From Novosphingobium sp. (GTDB taxonomy: Bacteria > Pseudomonadota > Alphaproteobacteria > Sphingomonadales > Sphingomonadaceae), in NCBI GenBank assembly GCA_013822005.1, contig PNJT01000001.1, positions 1 through 56,356 on the forward strand: a DNA stretch of 56,356 nucleotides, in the 5' to 3' direction. Below, piece by piece: positions 9,770 to 18,006 of the stretch. Positions within the stretch are counted from its first letter, which is position 1, and each line of letters opens with the position of its first letter. The translations under genes were made by a program, and so were the position numbers. The notes beneath the pieces were generated by a model that saw only the letters and a program-made list of their open reading frames with translations, ran no database searches and was not told the DNA's origin.

Positions 9770-9857
9770 CGGACCCGGTCTCCGCCATAAAAATGGGTGC
9801 AGATCAGCGGGGCTTAAGGTGGTCATCCCTAAGATTTGGTTTAAGGATCGCCTTGCT

Positions 9858-10274
9858 TTGAAAAAAATTCCGACAATGACCGACGTGGTTGCCGTGGCGC
9901 TGATCGCTCCGGAGGGAAGGGTGCTGATGCAGCGGCGCGCCGCGGGACGCCAGCATGGCGGGCTGTGGGAATTCCCCGGCGGCAAGGTCGAAACGGGAGA
10001 AACGCGGGAACGCGCGCTGCTGCGCGAGATTCGCGAGGAGCTCGCGTTGGAGCTCGATCCGGGCCACCTCGCGCCTCTGGCCGAAGCATCGGACCCGGCG
10101 GCCGGGATTGTCATATCGCTTTACACTTGCCGCGAATGGCACGGCACGCCGGCCCGTCTTGATGCCGAAGCCCAGGGTTGGTTTGCACCAGCCGAGTTGG
10201 ATGCACTGGCGATGCCGCCGCTCGATGTGCCGCTTGCCAGGGCTGTGAAACAACTGCTGGAAGAGGCGAATTAG
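9858..10274 (+). CDS. mutT: NUDIX hydrolase, MutT-like
   Basis: WEFPGGKVETGETRERALLREIREEL Nudix box; start TTG 9858 or ATG 9876. Confidence 0.85.
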   Translation: MKKIPTMTDVVAVALIAPEGRVLMQRRAAGRQHGGLWEFPGGKVETGETRERALLREIREELALELDPGHLAPLAEASDPAAGIVISLYTCREWHGTPARLDAEAQGWFAPAELDALAMPPLDVPLARAVKQLLEEAN

Positions 10275-10321
10275 CACCTTGCCAAGGTGCATCGACGCCC
10301 CTATGTGCGCCCTTCCAATGC

Positions 10322-10398
10322 GCGCCCGTAGCTCAGCTGGATAGAGCATCAGACTACGAATCTGAGGGTCGGACGTTCGAATCGTTCCGGGCGCGCCA
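10322..10398 (+). tRNA. tRNA-Arg(ACG)
   Basis: 77-nt cloverleaf, anticodon loop CT-ACG-AA, GTTCGAATC T-loop, CCA end. Confidence 0.97.
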
Positions 10399-10404
10399 AG
10401 CATT

Positions 10405-10443
10405 TCCGCCGTTTCTTGCCAAAAGCAGGAGACGGCGTTTTTG
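10405..10443 (+). terminator. Island-supplied terminator after tRNA-Arg
   Basis: gccgtttcttgc-caaaa-gcaggagacggc followed by a T run. Confidence 0.7.
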
Positions 10444-10446
10444 CTT

Positions 10447-10467
10447 CAGCAATCACATAGCAAGCAC
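10447..10467 (+). repeat. Candidate integrase arm-type sites, left end
   Basis: cagcaatcac / tagcaagcac tandem, matching 21150-21171. Confidence 0.65.
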
Positions 10468-10493
10468 GGGAATCAGTTTCGCCGCTAGCGCAG

Positions 10494-11111
10494 TTAAGGA
10501 TTGTCGTCCGCAAACTCCGCCCCGACCACCTCAGCGGTGTAATCTAGGTTCGCAGGATCGACGCCAGGGGCAACCTGGATTGAGTAGCAGGAAATCCAAC
10601 CATGTTGAGGCGCAAGGATGCGCGGAGATTTGAGGTAGGGATAATTCACAGGGCTGGTTGTGAAGCCTTCAAGTCGCCCCCGAACAGACACAACCGTCTC
10701 TTGGACGGATTTTTTCCCGTAGTTGCGGATTTCTACCTTCAAAGGATAGTCAGGGCTGCAGCGAAATGGCTTTTCGATAGGGGGAACAGGCTCATTCCGA
10801 CCTATGGGGACCAAGTTGATTTTTGGCGGCGGTCCAGTTCGTTCTGATCCATCGTCATAGGACGCGTATGCAGTTACAAATTTTTTGGCAGGCGGGAACC
10901 ACCAAGGTTCGACGAACTTGACCCAAAGAAAAGCTGACAGAGCGATGATGGCCACTCCGTAGATTAGTGTGATCACAATTCGCCAGAGTGTTTCAAGCAC
11001 CTTTAGAAGCACATCGCCAACGCTAACCGGTTGACTGAGGGGGCCAATATGGAATGGCCCTTTCCAAAAGGCCTTCAACAAATCGAAGGCTAGTTCGAAG
11101 AGAGCTTCCAT
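10494..11111 (-). CDS. Membrane-anchored hypothetical protein
   Basis: TM segment IVITLIYGVAIIALSAFLWV; TGATG coupling with upstream nuclease gene. Confidence 0.6.
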   Translation of the reverse strand: MEALFELAFDLLKAFWKGPFHIGPLSQPVSVGDVLLKVLETLWRIVITLIYGVAIIALSAFLWVKFVEPWWFPPAKKFVTAYASYDDGSERTGPPPKINLVPIGRNEPVPPIEKPFRCSPDYPLKVEIRNYGKKSVQETVVSVRGRLEGFTTSPVNYPYLKSPRILAPQHGWISCYSIQVAPGVDPANLDYTAEVVGAEFADDNP

Positions 11112-11455
11112 CACTGCCACCACCGCGCCATTTTAAGCTGGACCAGATACGATCCCACGTCCTTGCCATTAACCGTAACCGTCGCCAGCGTGCGCCCGTA
11201 GCGATCAACGCCCTGCCTATGCACCTTGATCTGCCCGCTGCGCAGGAAGGCGCTCAACGCATCGCGGGAGGCATAGCCAGCCCGATAGTCGCACCAAGCC
11301 CGTTCCCGCCGTGCATCTTTGCACCTAGGGCTGTCAGGCAGTTCCGGCGCGTCGATGTTTGCGATCCTGATCTTCTCGCCGTTACAGCGGAACGTGTCGC
11401 CATCGTGGACAACCACAACAGAGCAAAGAACCAAGGCGGCAAGCGTTGACGGCAT
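11111..11455 (-). CDS. Thermonuclease (SNase) family protein
   Basis: VHDGDTF, IRIANIDAPE, DRYGRTLA motifs. Confidence 0.9.
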   Translation of the reverse strand: MPSTLAALVLCSVVVVHDGDTFRCNGEKIRIANIDAPELPDSPRCKDARRERAWCDYRAGYASRDALSAFLRSGQIKVHRQGVDRYGRTLATVTVNGKDVGSYLVQLKMARWWQ

Positions 11456-11574
11456 TCCGAGACAATAAGGGTGCTCAAGGGAAGAGGACAACTCAATTCG
11501 TCATGCCCTTGGCGTCGTCATCAAGATGACCTAGCCTGCTCCAGGCAGAGTTATCGGAATGTGGAGACTATAAC

Positions 11575-12234
11575 ATGTCCAACTTGGCGACAGCCCTAGC
11601 ATCATTTTGGGCCGAAGTTGAGTTGCTGGAGGTTTTGAAAGCCGCCGCTCCGACCGCAACTGCATTCATCGCTTTTCAGGCTCTGAAAAACTGGCGGCAT
11701 CAGGAAAGAGCAAAGCGGGAAATTGAGTTTCTCAGCGAGTTGGTCGATTCCTCCCATGCCTACATTTACAAGATGGAAAGGCCGATCGCTCTTTTGCGCA
11801 TGAATAAGATCGGGGTGCGTAGCCATATCGAAAGTTGGAAGGAGGGCGACGAATCGGAGAAGGAGCTAAGGGGAGCAATTGCTTACATCGAAAAGAATGG
11901 GGAAGTGGCGGGCAAGAGACTAAGCGAGGCATTGAACGACATTAGACCAGAGGCGATCAAGCTTCAGACCCTCCAGGACAAAGGGCAGATGTTCAAGTTC
12001 ACAGGGTATGCCAACTGCTACAATGCCGTCACAAATTTGGTCTGGCACTTTCGCAGGCTGCAATCATTTGCCACCATGCTCGACCCACACTGGTATTGGG
12101 AAAACCCGGAGGTGAAAGGGCTATTACAAAAGGTTCTCACGATTGAGCCGGACGAAATCAGAGACGGCATCGCCAAATCCAACTCTGAACTGATATCGTT
12201 CGCTCAAACCACATATCAAAGCCACTTCAACTAA
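11575..12234 (+). CDS. Hypothetical protein (hydrophobic N-terminus plus helical bundle), low GC
   Basis: 219-aa ORF with GGAG RBS; the only long plus-strand gene in the island. Confidence 0.7.
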   Translation: MSNLATALASFWAEVELLEVLKAAAPTATAFIAFQALKNWRHQERAKREIEFLSELVDSSHAYIYKMERPIALLRMNKIGVRSHIESWKEGDESEKELRGAIAYIEKNGEVAGKRLSEALNDIRPEAIKLQTLQDKGQMFKFTGYANCYNAVTNLVWHFRRLQSFATMLDPHWYWENPEVKGLLQKVLTIEPDEIRDGIAKSNSELISFAQTTYQSHFN

Positions 12235-12430
12235 TGCCTAGCACTTCGAGCGTTGCTGCATAGCCCGCCCGCGATTTGCACCAGCCGAGCAGTTGAGCTG
12301 CAACATGCAGCTTTTGATTGACCGGGCGGCGCTCTGATCGCGGGAGGGCTGCCCTCAATTCCCTCAGTTCAACAATCCGGGCTTCCAGACTGTGTGCTAG
12401 CTTGTTCGGGCCGCTCAGATCGTCATGCAT
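12227..12430 (-). CDS. Small hypothetical protein
   Basis: 67 aa; start overlaps the stop of the HGGxSTG gene. Confidence 0.5.
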   Translation of the reverse strand: MHDDLSGPNKLAHSLEARIVELRELRAALPRSERRPVNQKLHVAAQLLGWCKSRAGYAATLEVLGIS

Positions 12431-12716
12431 AGGCCAGCGCCTTCACAAGTTCGCTCACCTCCCTACGCAGCGCAACCGCTTCCCTAGTCTCGCCTCCGTG
12501 CTTCCAGTTACCGTTTGCCTCCCCTTTGGGAGCGCCTGGGCTGCAACCGCCGTGGAGCCTACACACGCGCTTTCCTCGCACGGCTGGCAATTGGCACGAC
12601 TTCCCCTGTCTGTTGCGCGCTTGGCAACGCGGTGCGCTGCGCAGTTGCGACGGCTCCAGGCTTATGGGGTTGTGCGAGGATTGCCCCGTCCCCCCGTGCG
12701 TCGTGATAGTGCACAT
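12423..12716 (-). CDS. HGGxSTG domain protein
   Basis: RCQARNRQGKSCQLPAVRGKRVCRLHGGCSPGAPKGEANGNWKHG. Confidence 0.85.
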   Translation of the reverse strand: MCTITTHGGTGQSSHNPISLEPSQLRSAPRCQARNRQGKSCQLPAVRGKRVCRLHGGCSPGAPKGEANGNWKHGGETREAVALRREVSELVKALAYA

Positions 12717-13383
12717 GCTGGTGAAGCTCCTTTGTCACCTTGATTGTCTGGCGGGTGCTGCGACCTTTGCCGCGAAGGGCTTGCAACGCTTCCATTTGCA
12801 AGGTGAAGGTTCGAGCCAGCTTCCCGGTTGCTGCGACGGTCTGGGCCTCGTGTTCATACCTGAGCGCGCGGGCTGCAACTTTCATGGTGAGCAGATGAAC
12901 CGCAACCATCTGGGCCGCTAGGGCCGCTTCCATCTCGTTCTTCGGCTTGATCGTATTTATCATGGCCAAAGCCGCCGAGAACTGGTTTTCGTCCAGCCGC
13001 CACTGTTGGGCCTTCTCATCCCAGATTGTGCGCTTACAGAGCCTTTCTAGCTGGTCCATGAAGGTGCTGAGCACCGCCAACGAGCGCGTTCCAAATGCTT
13101 CCGCCAGTTGCAGAGTCCAAAGGCTCGTATCATTGTGCGGGGAGGTCCAATGCTCCTCATCCATGCCAGCAGGGGCCAATATGACGCCTGGAGGATGGGG
13201 GCGAGACTCAGCCCGTTTTTGTGCTGCTTGTTCCCATTCGCGTAATTCTGCTGAAGGGGCGTCGCGGTCCCTCACACGGCGTCTGCGCTTGCGGTGGAGA
13301 ACATCTAGCCGCTTTTCGTCTACCTCCCCGTTCTGGGGGATCGGCGCGCTTGCTGGCGCGGGGCTAGATGAGATTCGAACCAT
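12559..13383 (-). CDS. Hypothetical protein of the type found beside HGGxSTG genes in mobile elements
   Basis: PKNEMEAALAAQMVAVH...LARTFTLQMEALQALRG...QHVH; GGAG RBS before ATG 13383. Confidence 0.7.
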   Translation of the reverse strand: MVRISSSPAPASAPIPQNGEVDEKRLDVLHRKRRRRVRDRDAPSAELREWEQAAQKRAESRPHPPGVILAPAGMDEEHWTSPHNDTSLWTLQLAEAFGTRSLAVLSTFMDQLERLCKRTIWDEKAQQWRLDENQFSAALAMINTIKPKNEMEAALAAQMVAVHLLTMKVAARALRYEHEAQTVAATGKLARTFTLQMEALQALRGKGRSTRQTIKVTKELHQHVHYHDARGDGAILAQPHKPGAVATAQRTALPSAQQTGEVVPIASRARKARV

Positions 13384-13455
13384 CGTCACGCTCCAACGAT
13401 CACTAACTAACGACCAGCGAGGGAAGGGCCTTAAGTTGCGGGTGCTCGACCGCAC

Positions 13456-13635
13456 TCATTGAAAAGTTACCTTGTCACGCAAGGCAGAGCGGATGATTTC
13501 AGAGACCGATCTTCCGTCGCGCTCCGCATTGACACGCAGCGCAGCGAGCAAGTCCGGATCGGCCCGGAAATTGATGACGGAACTAAGCTGGGAATCGCCA
13601 CTAGCGTCCCGTGAGAACGGTTTTTCGGACACCAC
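13456..13635 (-). CDS. Ribbon-helix-helix (CopG-like) DNA-binding protein
   Basis: VINFRADPDLLAALRVNAERDGRSVSEIIRSAL; GGAGG before GTG; exact start uncertain. Confidence 0.7.
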   Translation of the reverse strand: MVSEKPFSRDASGDSQLSSVINFRADPDLLAALRVNAERDGRSVSEIIRSALRDKVTFQ

Positions 13636-13713
13636 TGCCTCCCGACGTTGCGTCTTGGCATTGTAATACAGAAATTCGCCCAAAAGTCAAACGCAAGTGG
13701 CGAAAATGCAGTC

Positions 13714-13739
13714 TTGTTCCTGAGACGTTACAGGAACAA
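13714..13739. promoter_or_regulatory. Operator-like inverted repeat overlapping a LexA-like box
   Basis: TTGTTCCTG-N8-CAGGAACAA; contains GTTC-N7-GTTA, one mismatch from the alphaproteobacterial GTTC-N7-GTTC. Confidence 0.5.
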
Positions 13740-13776
13740 CTTGCCGTGCCGCGCTTGGCTGCTGCATGGTCTAGGC

Positions 13777-13935
13777 ATGGGTTCAAAGCGCATGGATACA
13801 ATCGATCGATTCTCACGCTACGGTTATGCGCTTAGGGTTAAGTGCAGAGATTGCGGGCAGCGTGCAAAGCTGGTCCCGCGACCTGAGTGCAATCGAGCGG
13901 CGATTGAAATGTAGTGGATGCGGCGGACGAAGCTA
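13777..13935 (+). pseudogene. Frameshifted zinc-ribbon small protein
   Basis: MGSKRMDTI...VKCRDCG in one frame and WSRDLSAIERRLKCSGCGGR in another. Confidence 0.5.
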
Positions 13936-14322
13936 CTATCGATCTTGGATCAATCCGGGAGTCTCTGGCCCAGAGGGCGCTTGTTGTAACCCATTAACCT
14001 GCCGCTTCGTATGGTCTGGAAAAACCGGTTGAAGGCCAGTCGCTTCGAATACGGCCACCTGAACGGCAAGATCTTCAATGCGCTGATTGAGGCCACTTTG
14101 CACGGCAAAAACAACATTTTGCGCTTCTCGGAGCGCATCAAGCTTCGTTTCCGCCTTGAGGGTCGACATCTCAAGCTCTAACGCACGGAGGCGATCTCCA
14201 AGGGCCGCTATGCCGTCCCCCAGAGCCTTTTGGCCATCTTGAAGTGCTTTAACGTGGTCGACGAGCTGAAGATGGTTAGCAAGCTCCTGCGCTGCGACTG
14301 CAAGCTTATCCCTACCGAACAT
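13936..14322 (-). CDS. Coiled-coil hypothetical protein coupled to the bL25 fusion
   Basis: Heptad-like [26 protein letters not shown]; ATG 14322 overlaps the upstream stop; GGAG RBS. Confidence 0.7.
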   Translation of the reverse strand: MFGRDKLAVAAQELANHLQLVDHVKALQDGQKALGDGIAALGDRLRALELEMSTLKAETKLDALREAQNVVFAVQSGLNQRIEDLAVQVAVFEATGLQPVFPDHTKRQVNGLQQAPSGPETPGLIQDR

Positions 14323-15052
14323 CAGCACTCTCCAATGCACTGCGCACGCAACTTTTAATATATTTCAAATGTTTAGCTGGTTCTCCGAGCTGTCTTTTAA
14401 AATGGACGTAAAGAACTTTTGAAGCAGCTTGGATCAATTCATCATCTGAAGTTTCCATAACTTCGTCATCGGAAGGGGAGTCGTGTCGTGCTTCCATCTC
14501 GATTGTGGCAATTGTGAAGTCGAGATCGGTGATCGCGCTCTTCGAACCAGCCGGGAGGTTGACGTGGCTGATATGGATCGAATCGCCAACGTCAAAGCTA
14601 GCGACATCGATTTCGATATCGTCAGGGATCTTGTCGGCTTCGCAGACCAGTTCCAGCTCGTGGCGAATGATGTTGAGCACAGCGCCGCGCTTGAGGCCGG
14701 GCGAGGCTGCTTCGTTGACGAACTTCACCGGCACTTCGACGTGGACGGTCGAATTGGCCGAAAGGCGCAGGAAGTCAGCGTGGAGCGGACGATCGGTGAC
14801 GGGGTGGAAGGCAACGTCCTTGGGGAGCGTGCGCACGGTCTTGCCGCCGACTTCGATATCGACGACCGAGTTGAAGAAGTGGCCGGTGCCGAGCTGACGG
14901 ACCAGTTCCTTTTCTTCAATGTGAATTGCGACCGCTTTTCCTTTGCCGCCATAGATGACGGCGGGTACGCGGCCTTCACGGCGGAGAACGCGGGAGCCTC
15001 CCTTGCCTGCTGGTGCGTCCTTCTCGGCTGGCAACGTAGTTTTGTCGTTCAC
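14312..15052 (-). CDS. rplY: Ribosomal protein bL25/CTC paralog with non-homologous C-terminal extension (island-borne)
   Basis: [54 protein letters not shown]; sequence departs after TIATI. Confidence 0.9.
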   Translation of the reverse strand: MNDKTTLPAEKDAPAGKGGSRVLRREGRVPAVIYGGKGKAVAIHIEEKELVRQLGTGHFFNSVVDIEVGGKTVRTLPKDVAFHPVTDRPLHADFLRLSANSTVHVEVPVKFVNEAASPGLKRGAVLNIIRHELELVCEADKIPDDIEIDVASFDVGDSIHISHVNLPAGSKSAITDLDFTIATIEMEARHDSPSDDEVMETSDDELIQAASKVLYVHFKRQLGEPAKHLKYIKSCVRSALESADVR

Positions 15053-15118
15053 AACACTCCCCGCAATCCTAGGGTGTATGAGACAAGTTATATGAGCCTA
15101 GCTCGCGGATTGTCCACG

Positions 15119-15433
15119 CTATTCGCAGGCAATTCCATCCTGGTCCCTGTCCAATCCGTCGCGATAGCCCGGATCGCCCCGTCGTATTGGTGCCGCACCG
15201 GCAGCGCGAGCCGCTTTGCAATTGGGGAAATAGGTGCCGGTACCACCTGAAAAGGTTTGGACTTCACGCCTGGGCTGAGGCGGGGGAGAACTTCCCCGAT
15301 GGCAATGATAGCCGCCGCGCTTTCGATCATTGTGGCAGCCACTCGCATCCAAGCCGCCCGGATGGGCAAGAACTTGGGGTGCGATCAACAATCCCCAAAG
15401 CGATATGAGTGAGCCCATGATTCGCATTGGCAT
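15119..15433 (-). CDS. Secreted YHYH-like plus Excalibur calcium-binding domain protein
   Basis: AHPGGLDASGCH..YHCH and YFPNCKAARAAGAAPIRRGDPGYRDGLDRDQDGIACE. Confidence 0.88.
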   Translation of the reverse strand: MPMRIMGSLISLWGLLIAPQVLAHPGGLDASGCHNDRKRGGYHCHRGSSPPPQPRREVQTFSGGTGTYFPNCKAARAAGAAPIRRGDPGYRDGLDRDQDGIACE

Positions 15434-15475
15434 GATGCTCTCGTAATGTGGAGATAGAGTCTAGCCCTATCCAGC

Positions 15476-15952
15476 CTAGAATGCCTTCGTTGCGGTAGTC
15501 GGATCATACTTTGCGCAGCGGCCAACGTAGTCGCCAGACTTTCCGGAAATTGAGATCATTCCTGTGATCCGGTCAATGCGTAGCTTAGGGCTATTTATGA
15601 AATTGATCCCGACCTTACCTGTAATCTCGTTGTCGGTGACCTTAATCGACTTAATCTCAAACCAACCGCCATCGCCGCCGTGGATTGGCGGCAGCATGAT
15701 ACGAGGCATTCGAATTTTGCCTGTGGTTCCTGCAATCCAAAGATTGACTTGATCATCAAAAGGAACCGACCGGTTGCCAATGACACTGGCAGACGCCGAG
15801 TTGCCGTGGTTGTCCCACGCATAGGCTTGCGAAGATGTCGCCTTGTTTGCCGATCCCGCGCCGAGGCAAACAAGGTCGAGTCTTGTCGCACTTTCTTGCG
15901 CCAGCGCCATTGATCCAATGAACAAAGCGACGACGGGCACAGTGCGCTTCAT
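15476..15952 (-). CDS. Secreted beta-rich hypothetical protein
   Basis: Signal peptide MKRTVPVVALFIGSMALA; GGAGG RBS. Confidence 0.7.
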   Translation of the reverse strand: MKRTVPVVALFIGSMALAQESATRLDLVCLGAGSANKATSSQAYAWDNHGNSASASVIGNRSVPFDDQVNLWIAGTTGKIRMPRIMLPPIHGGDGGWFEIKSIKVTDNEITGKVGINFINSPKLRIDRITGMISISGKSGDYVGRCAKYDPTTATKAF

Positions 15953-16269
15953 TTCACCCTCCGCTAGATTTTCTGGTGTTGTAGCCAGCCACGACCGACC
16001 CAAACATCAGCGCCAAATCCGTGCCAACGGCACGATACTGTGTATTCCGACCGGGCATAGAGCCGTCTTCGTCATACTTACTACTCACTGCACCCGCCGC
16101 GCAAAGGCGTCAACCATCGCCCGAATGCTGGAATCTGCGACAGGTTCCCCTATTTGAAGCGTGCAACAGTCGCCGGACCGATCCCGGGCCCTTCAGCTAA
16201 GTCTGAGAGCGACTATTTCAGGGCGGCGCGAATAGCTTAACAAGATCAATGGCTAGCGTCAGAATGTGC

Positions 16270-17478
16270 CTACATATGGAGGGAGTGGGCGTTTGGGGTT
16301 ATTTCCTCGCCCTTTCCTTTCCTGCCTAGTTTGGCACTTTTCAGGCCTTCGCGTTCTGCTGCTTCGATCATCGCGGCTTCCAGTTCCGCCTGGTCCTTGG
16401 TTTTAACAATGAAGGAGTCATGCACCGGAAGCGCGACAATGCCCTTTTTGAGCAGTTGCCCGAGAACGCGACCGGCAATTCGGCTATCTTGGCGCATCAA
16501 GCGAGCACCAGCATCGGAGTGGAAGGCCCGCTCAATCGGGCGATGCACGCTGCGAACGTCGGCAATGAGGCGCACCGCCACAGCAAAGGCTTGGTCTTGC
16601 CCTTCTGGAAAATATTCGGCCATCACCGGGGACCGAGCCAGCGCGCCATAGGCTTCTTGTGCAGTCCGGGCATTGATAAGGATGAGCAGCGCCCGCTTGC
16701 CCATTTGGCGGGGCCAATTGCCTATGCTGTAGCAATCCGAAGGCAACGGCTCCCCGGCCTCAGAATAGAGCAGCGAAGGATGAAGGGTCGAATAGTCCAG
16801 CTCGACGGTTTCTTGTCCATCTAGAAGGACAGAAGCGCGAACATCGCCTGGCACATTCTGCCAACTTGACCCGACTGCGTAGAATCGGCCACCGCGCGAC
16901 ATGTCCCCATTGAAAATTCTAACCAGAAGCGCGCTCAACCTGGCACCGGTCAGCGACCGAACGTCAACCGAAGCCAGCGCCTCATTAACTTGATCGATCG
17001 CACGGACCATGCGGTCTATTTCGCGCGTGTCAGGGATCGGGAGTGGCAATCTGTCTTTGTCGCGAAGCAGCACCCGCTGAAACGGCATTGCGAGCGGAAG
17101 GGGGGAGCTGCCGATTAACTCTTGAACAACAAGACGTAGTTCAGGAGTCGCGACCATCGAGCTTTGCCACCCGCGACCGCCCGGCACCTGCTTGAAATGC
17201 TCAATCCAGCCGCCCGCATCAAGTTGATCAACACCAGTGACGACCCGCCGAAAGCCTAGGAGCGGATGATTGACCCTCTTGTCGTAGTAGTCCCGAGAGC
17301 GGCTATAGCTGACGAATCCCGCACCTGCCTCACAGGCATCATTAAGGGCGCACGAGATCGCAGCACCAGTCTTACAAACCCCGAGCAGTTCCCTGGCTGG
17401 TCCCCAAATGCGGCTGGTCTCATACTTGACGACAAGCGGCATCTGGCGATCCAGCTCTGGGAGAATGCGCCCTGTCAT
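16270..17478 (-). CDS. Compact superfamily-A / T7-RNAP-related polymerase (TV-Pol-like), 402 aa
   Basis: DMSRGGRFY, motif A ELDYSTLHP, motif B RQMGK, LMRQDS, motif C PVHDSFIV; ATGA overlap with the upstream wHTH gene. Confidence 0.7.
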   Translation of the reverse strand: MTGRILPELDRQMPLVVKYETSRIWGPARELLGVCKTGAAISCALNDACEAGAGFVSYSRSRDYYDKRVNHPLLGFRRVVTGVDQLDAGGWIEHFKQVPGGRGWQSSMVATPELRLVVQELIGSSPLPLAMPFQRVLLRDKDRLPLPIPDTREIDRMVRAIDQVNEALASVDVRSLTGARLSALLVRIFNGDMSRGGRFYAVGSSWQNVPGDVRASVLLDGQETVELDYSTLHPSLLYSEAGEPLPSDCYSIGNWPRQMGKRALLILINARTAQEAYGALARSPVMAEYFPEGQDQAFAVAVRLIADVRSVHRPIERAFHSDAGARLMRQDSRIAGRVLGQLLKKGIVALPVHDSFIVKTKDQAELEAAMIEAAEREGLKSAKLGRKGKGEEITPNAHSLHM

Positions 17479-17825
17479 GCCGCCAACAGAACGCCTTGCG
17501 GATCGTCCGGTTTCGGCGCGTATTTTGCCAGCACCCAAACCGCGCCGCGTCTTCCAGAACCGAGCCGGGAGCGGCGCTTGCTGTCGTCTATCAGCTTGGC
17601 CGCACGCAGTTCAGCAAGGCGACTGCGGACCTGGTAGACCGTGAGGTCACAGACCGCCGCAACTTCATCGCCAGTCAGCCCATGTGCGCCCGCAAAGGTG
17701 ACGGCCTCCAAGACTTGCGCTCGGTGGGTCTTGGCAACCTCCGCAACGCTTTCACCGGCTTGGCGGCTGGTATCAGGTGCGCCACGGCGCGAACCGGGCG
17801 AGTGGGGATAGCGGTTGTTAGTCAT
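17475..17825 (-). CDS. Winged-helix DNA-binding protein
   Basis: GLTGDEVAAVCDLTVYQVRSRLAELRAAKLIDDS..GRRGAVW. Confidence 0.75.
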   Translation of the reverse strand: MTNNRYPHSPGSRRGAPDTSRQAGESVAEVAKTHRAQVLEAVTFAGAHGLTGDEVAAVCDLTVYQVRSRLAELRAAKLIDDSKRRSRLGSGRRGAVWVLAKYAPKPDDPQGVLLAA

Positions 17826-18006
17826 GTGGAATCTCCAATTCAGCACGTTCTAGAAGGGCCCTGAACCAGTCCTCCTGCGCTTCAGTCATGGGTGTTGGAT
17901 CGACGGCAAGTTGCCCGCAGAATGAACCGCTCTTGCGTGTCATGCGGACATTGCGGCGAAGGATTTCCAGCGCCAGTTCGCGACGCTGCTCAAAGGTGAT
18001 GGTCAT
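17818..18006 (-). CDS. Small hypothetical protein
   Basis: 62 aa; overlaps neighbours at both ends. Confidence 0.65.
   Translation of the reverse strand: MTITFEQRRELALEILRRNVRMTRKSGSFCGQLAVDPTPMTEAQEDWFRALLERAELEIPHD

Noticed and set aside
16004-16269. Iteron array as the island replication origin
   Set aside because: The non-coding gap is well placed, but I found no convincing direct-repeat array by eye
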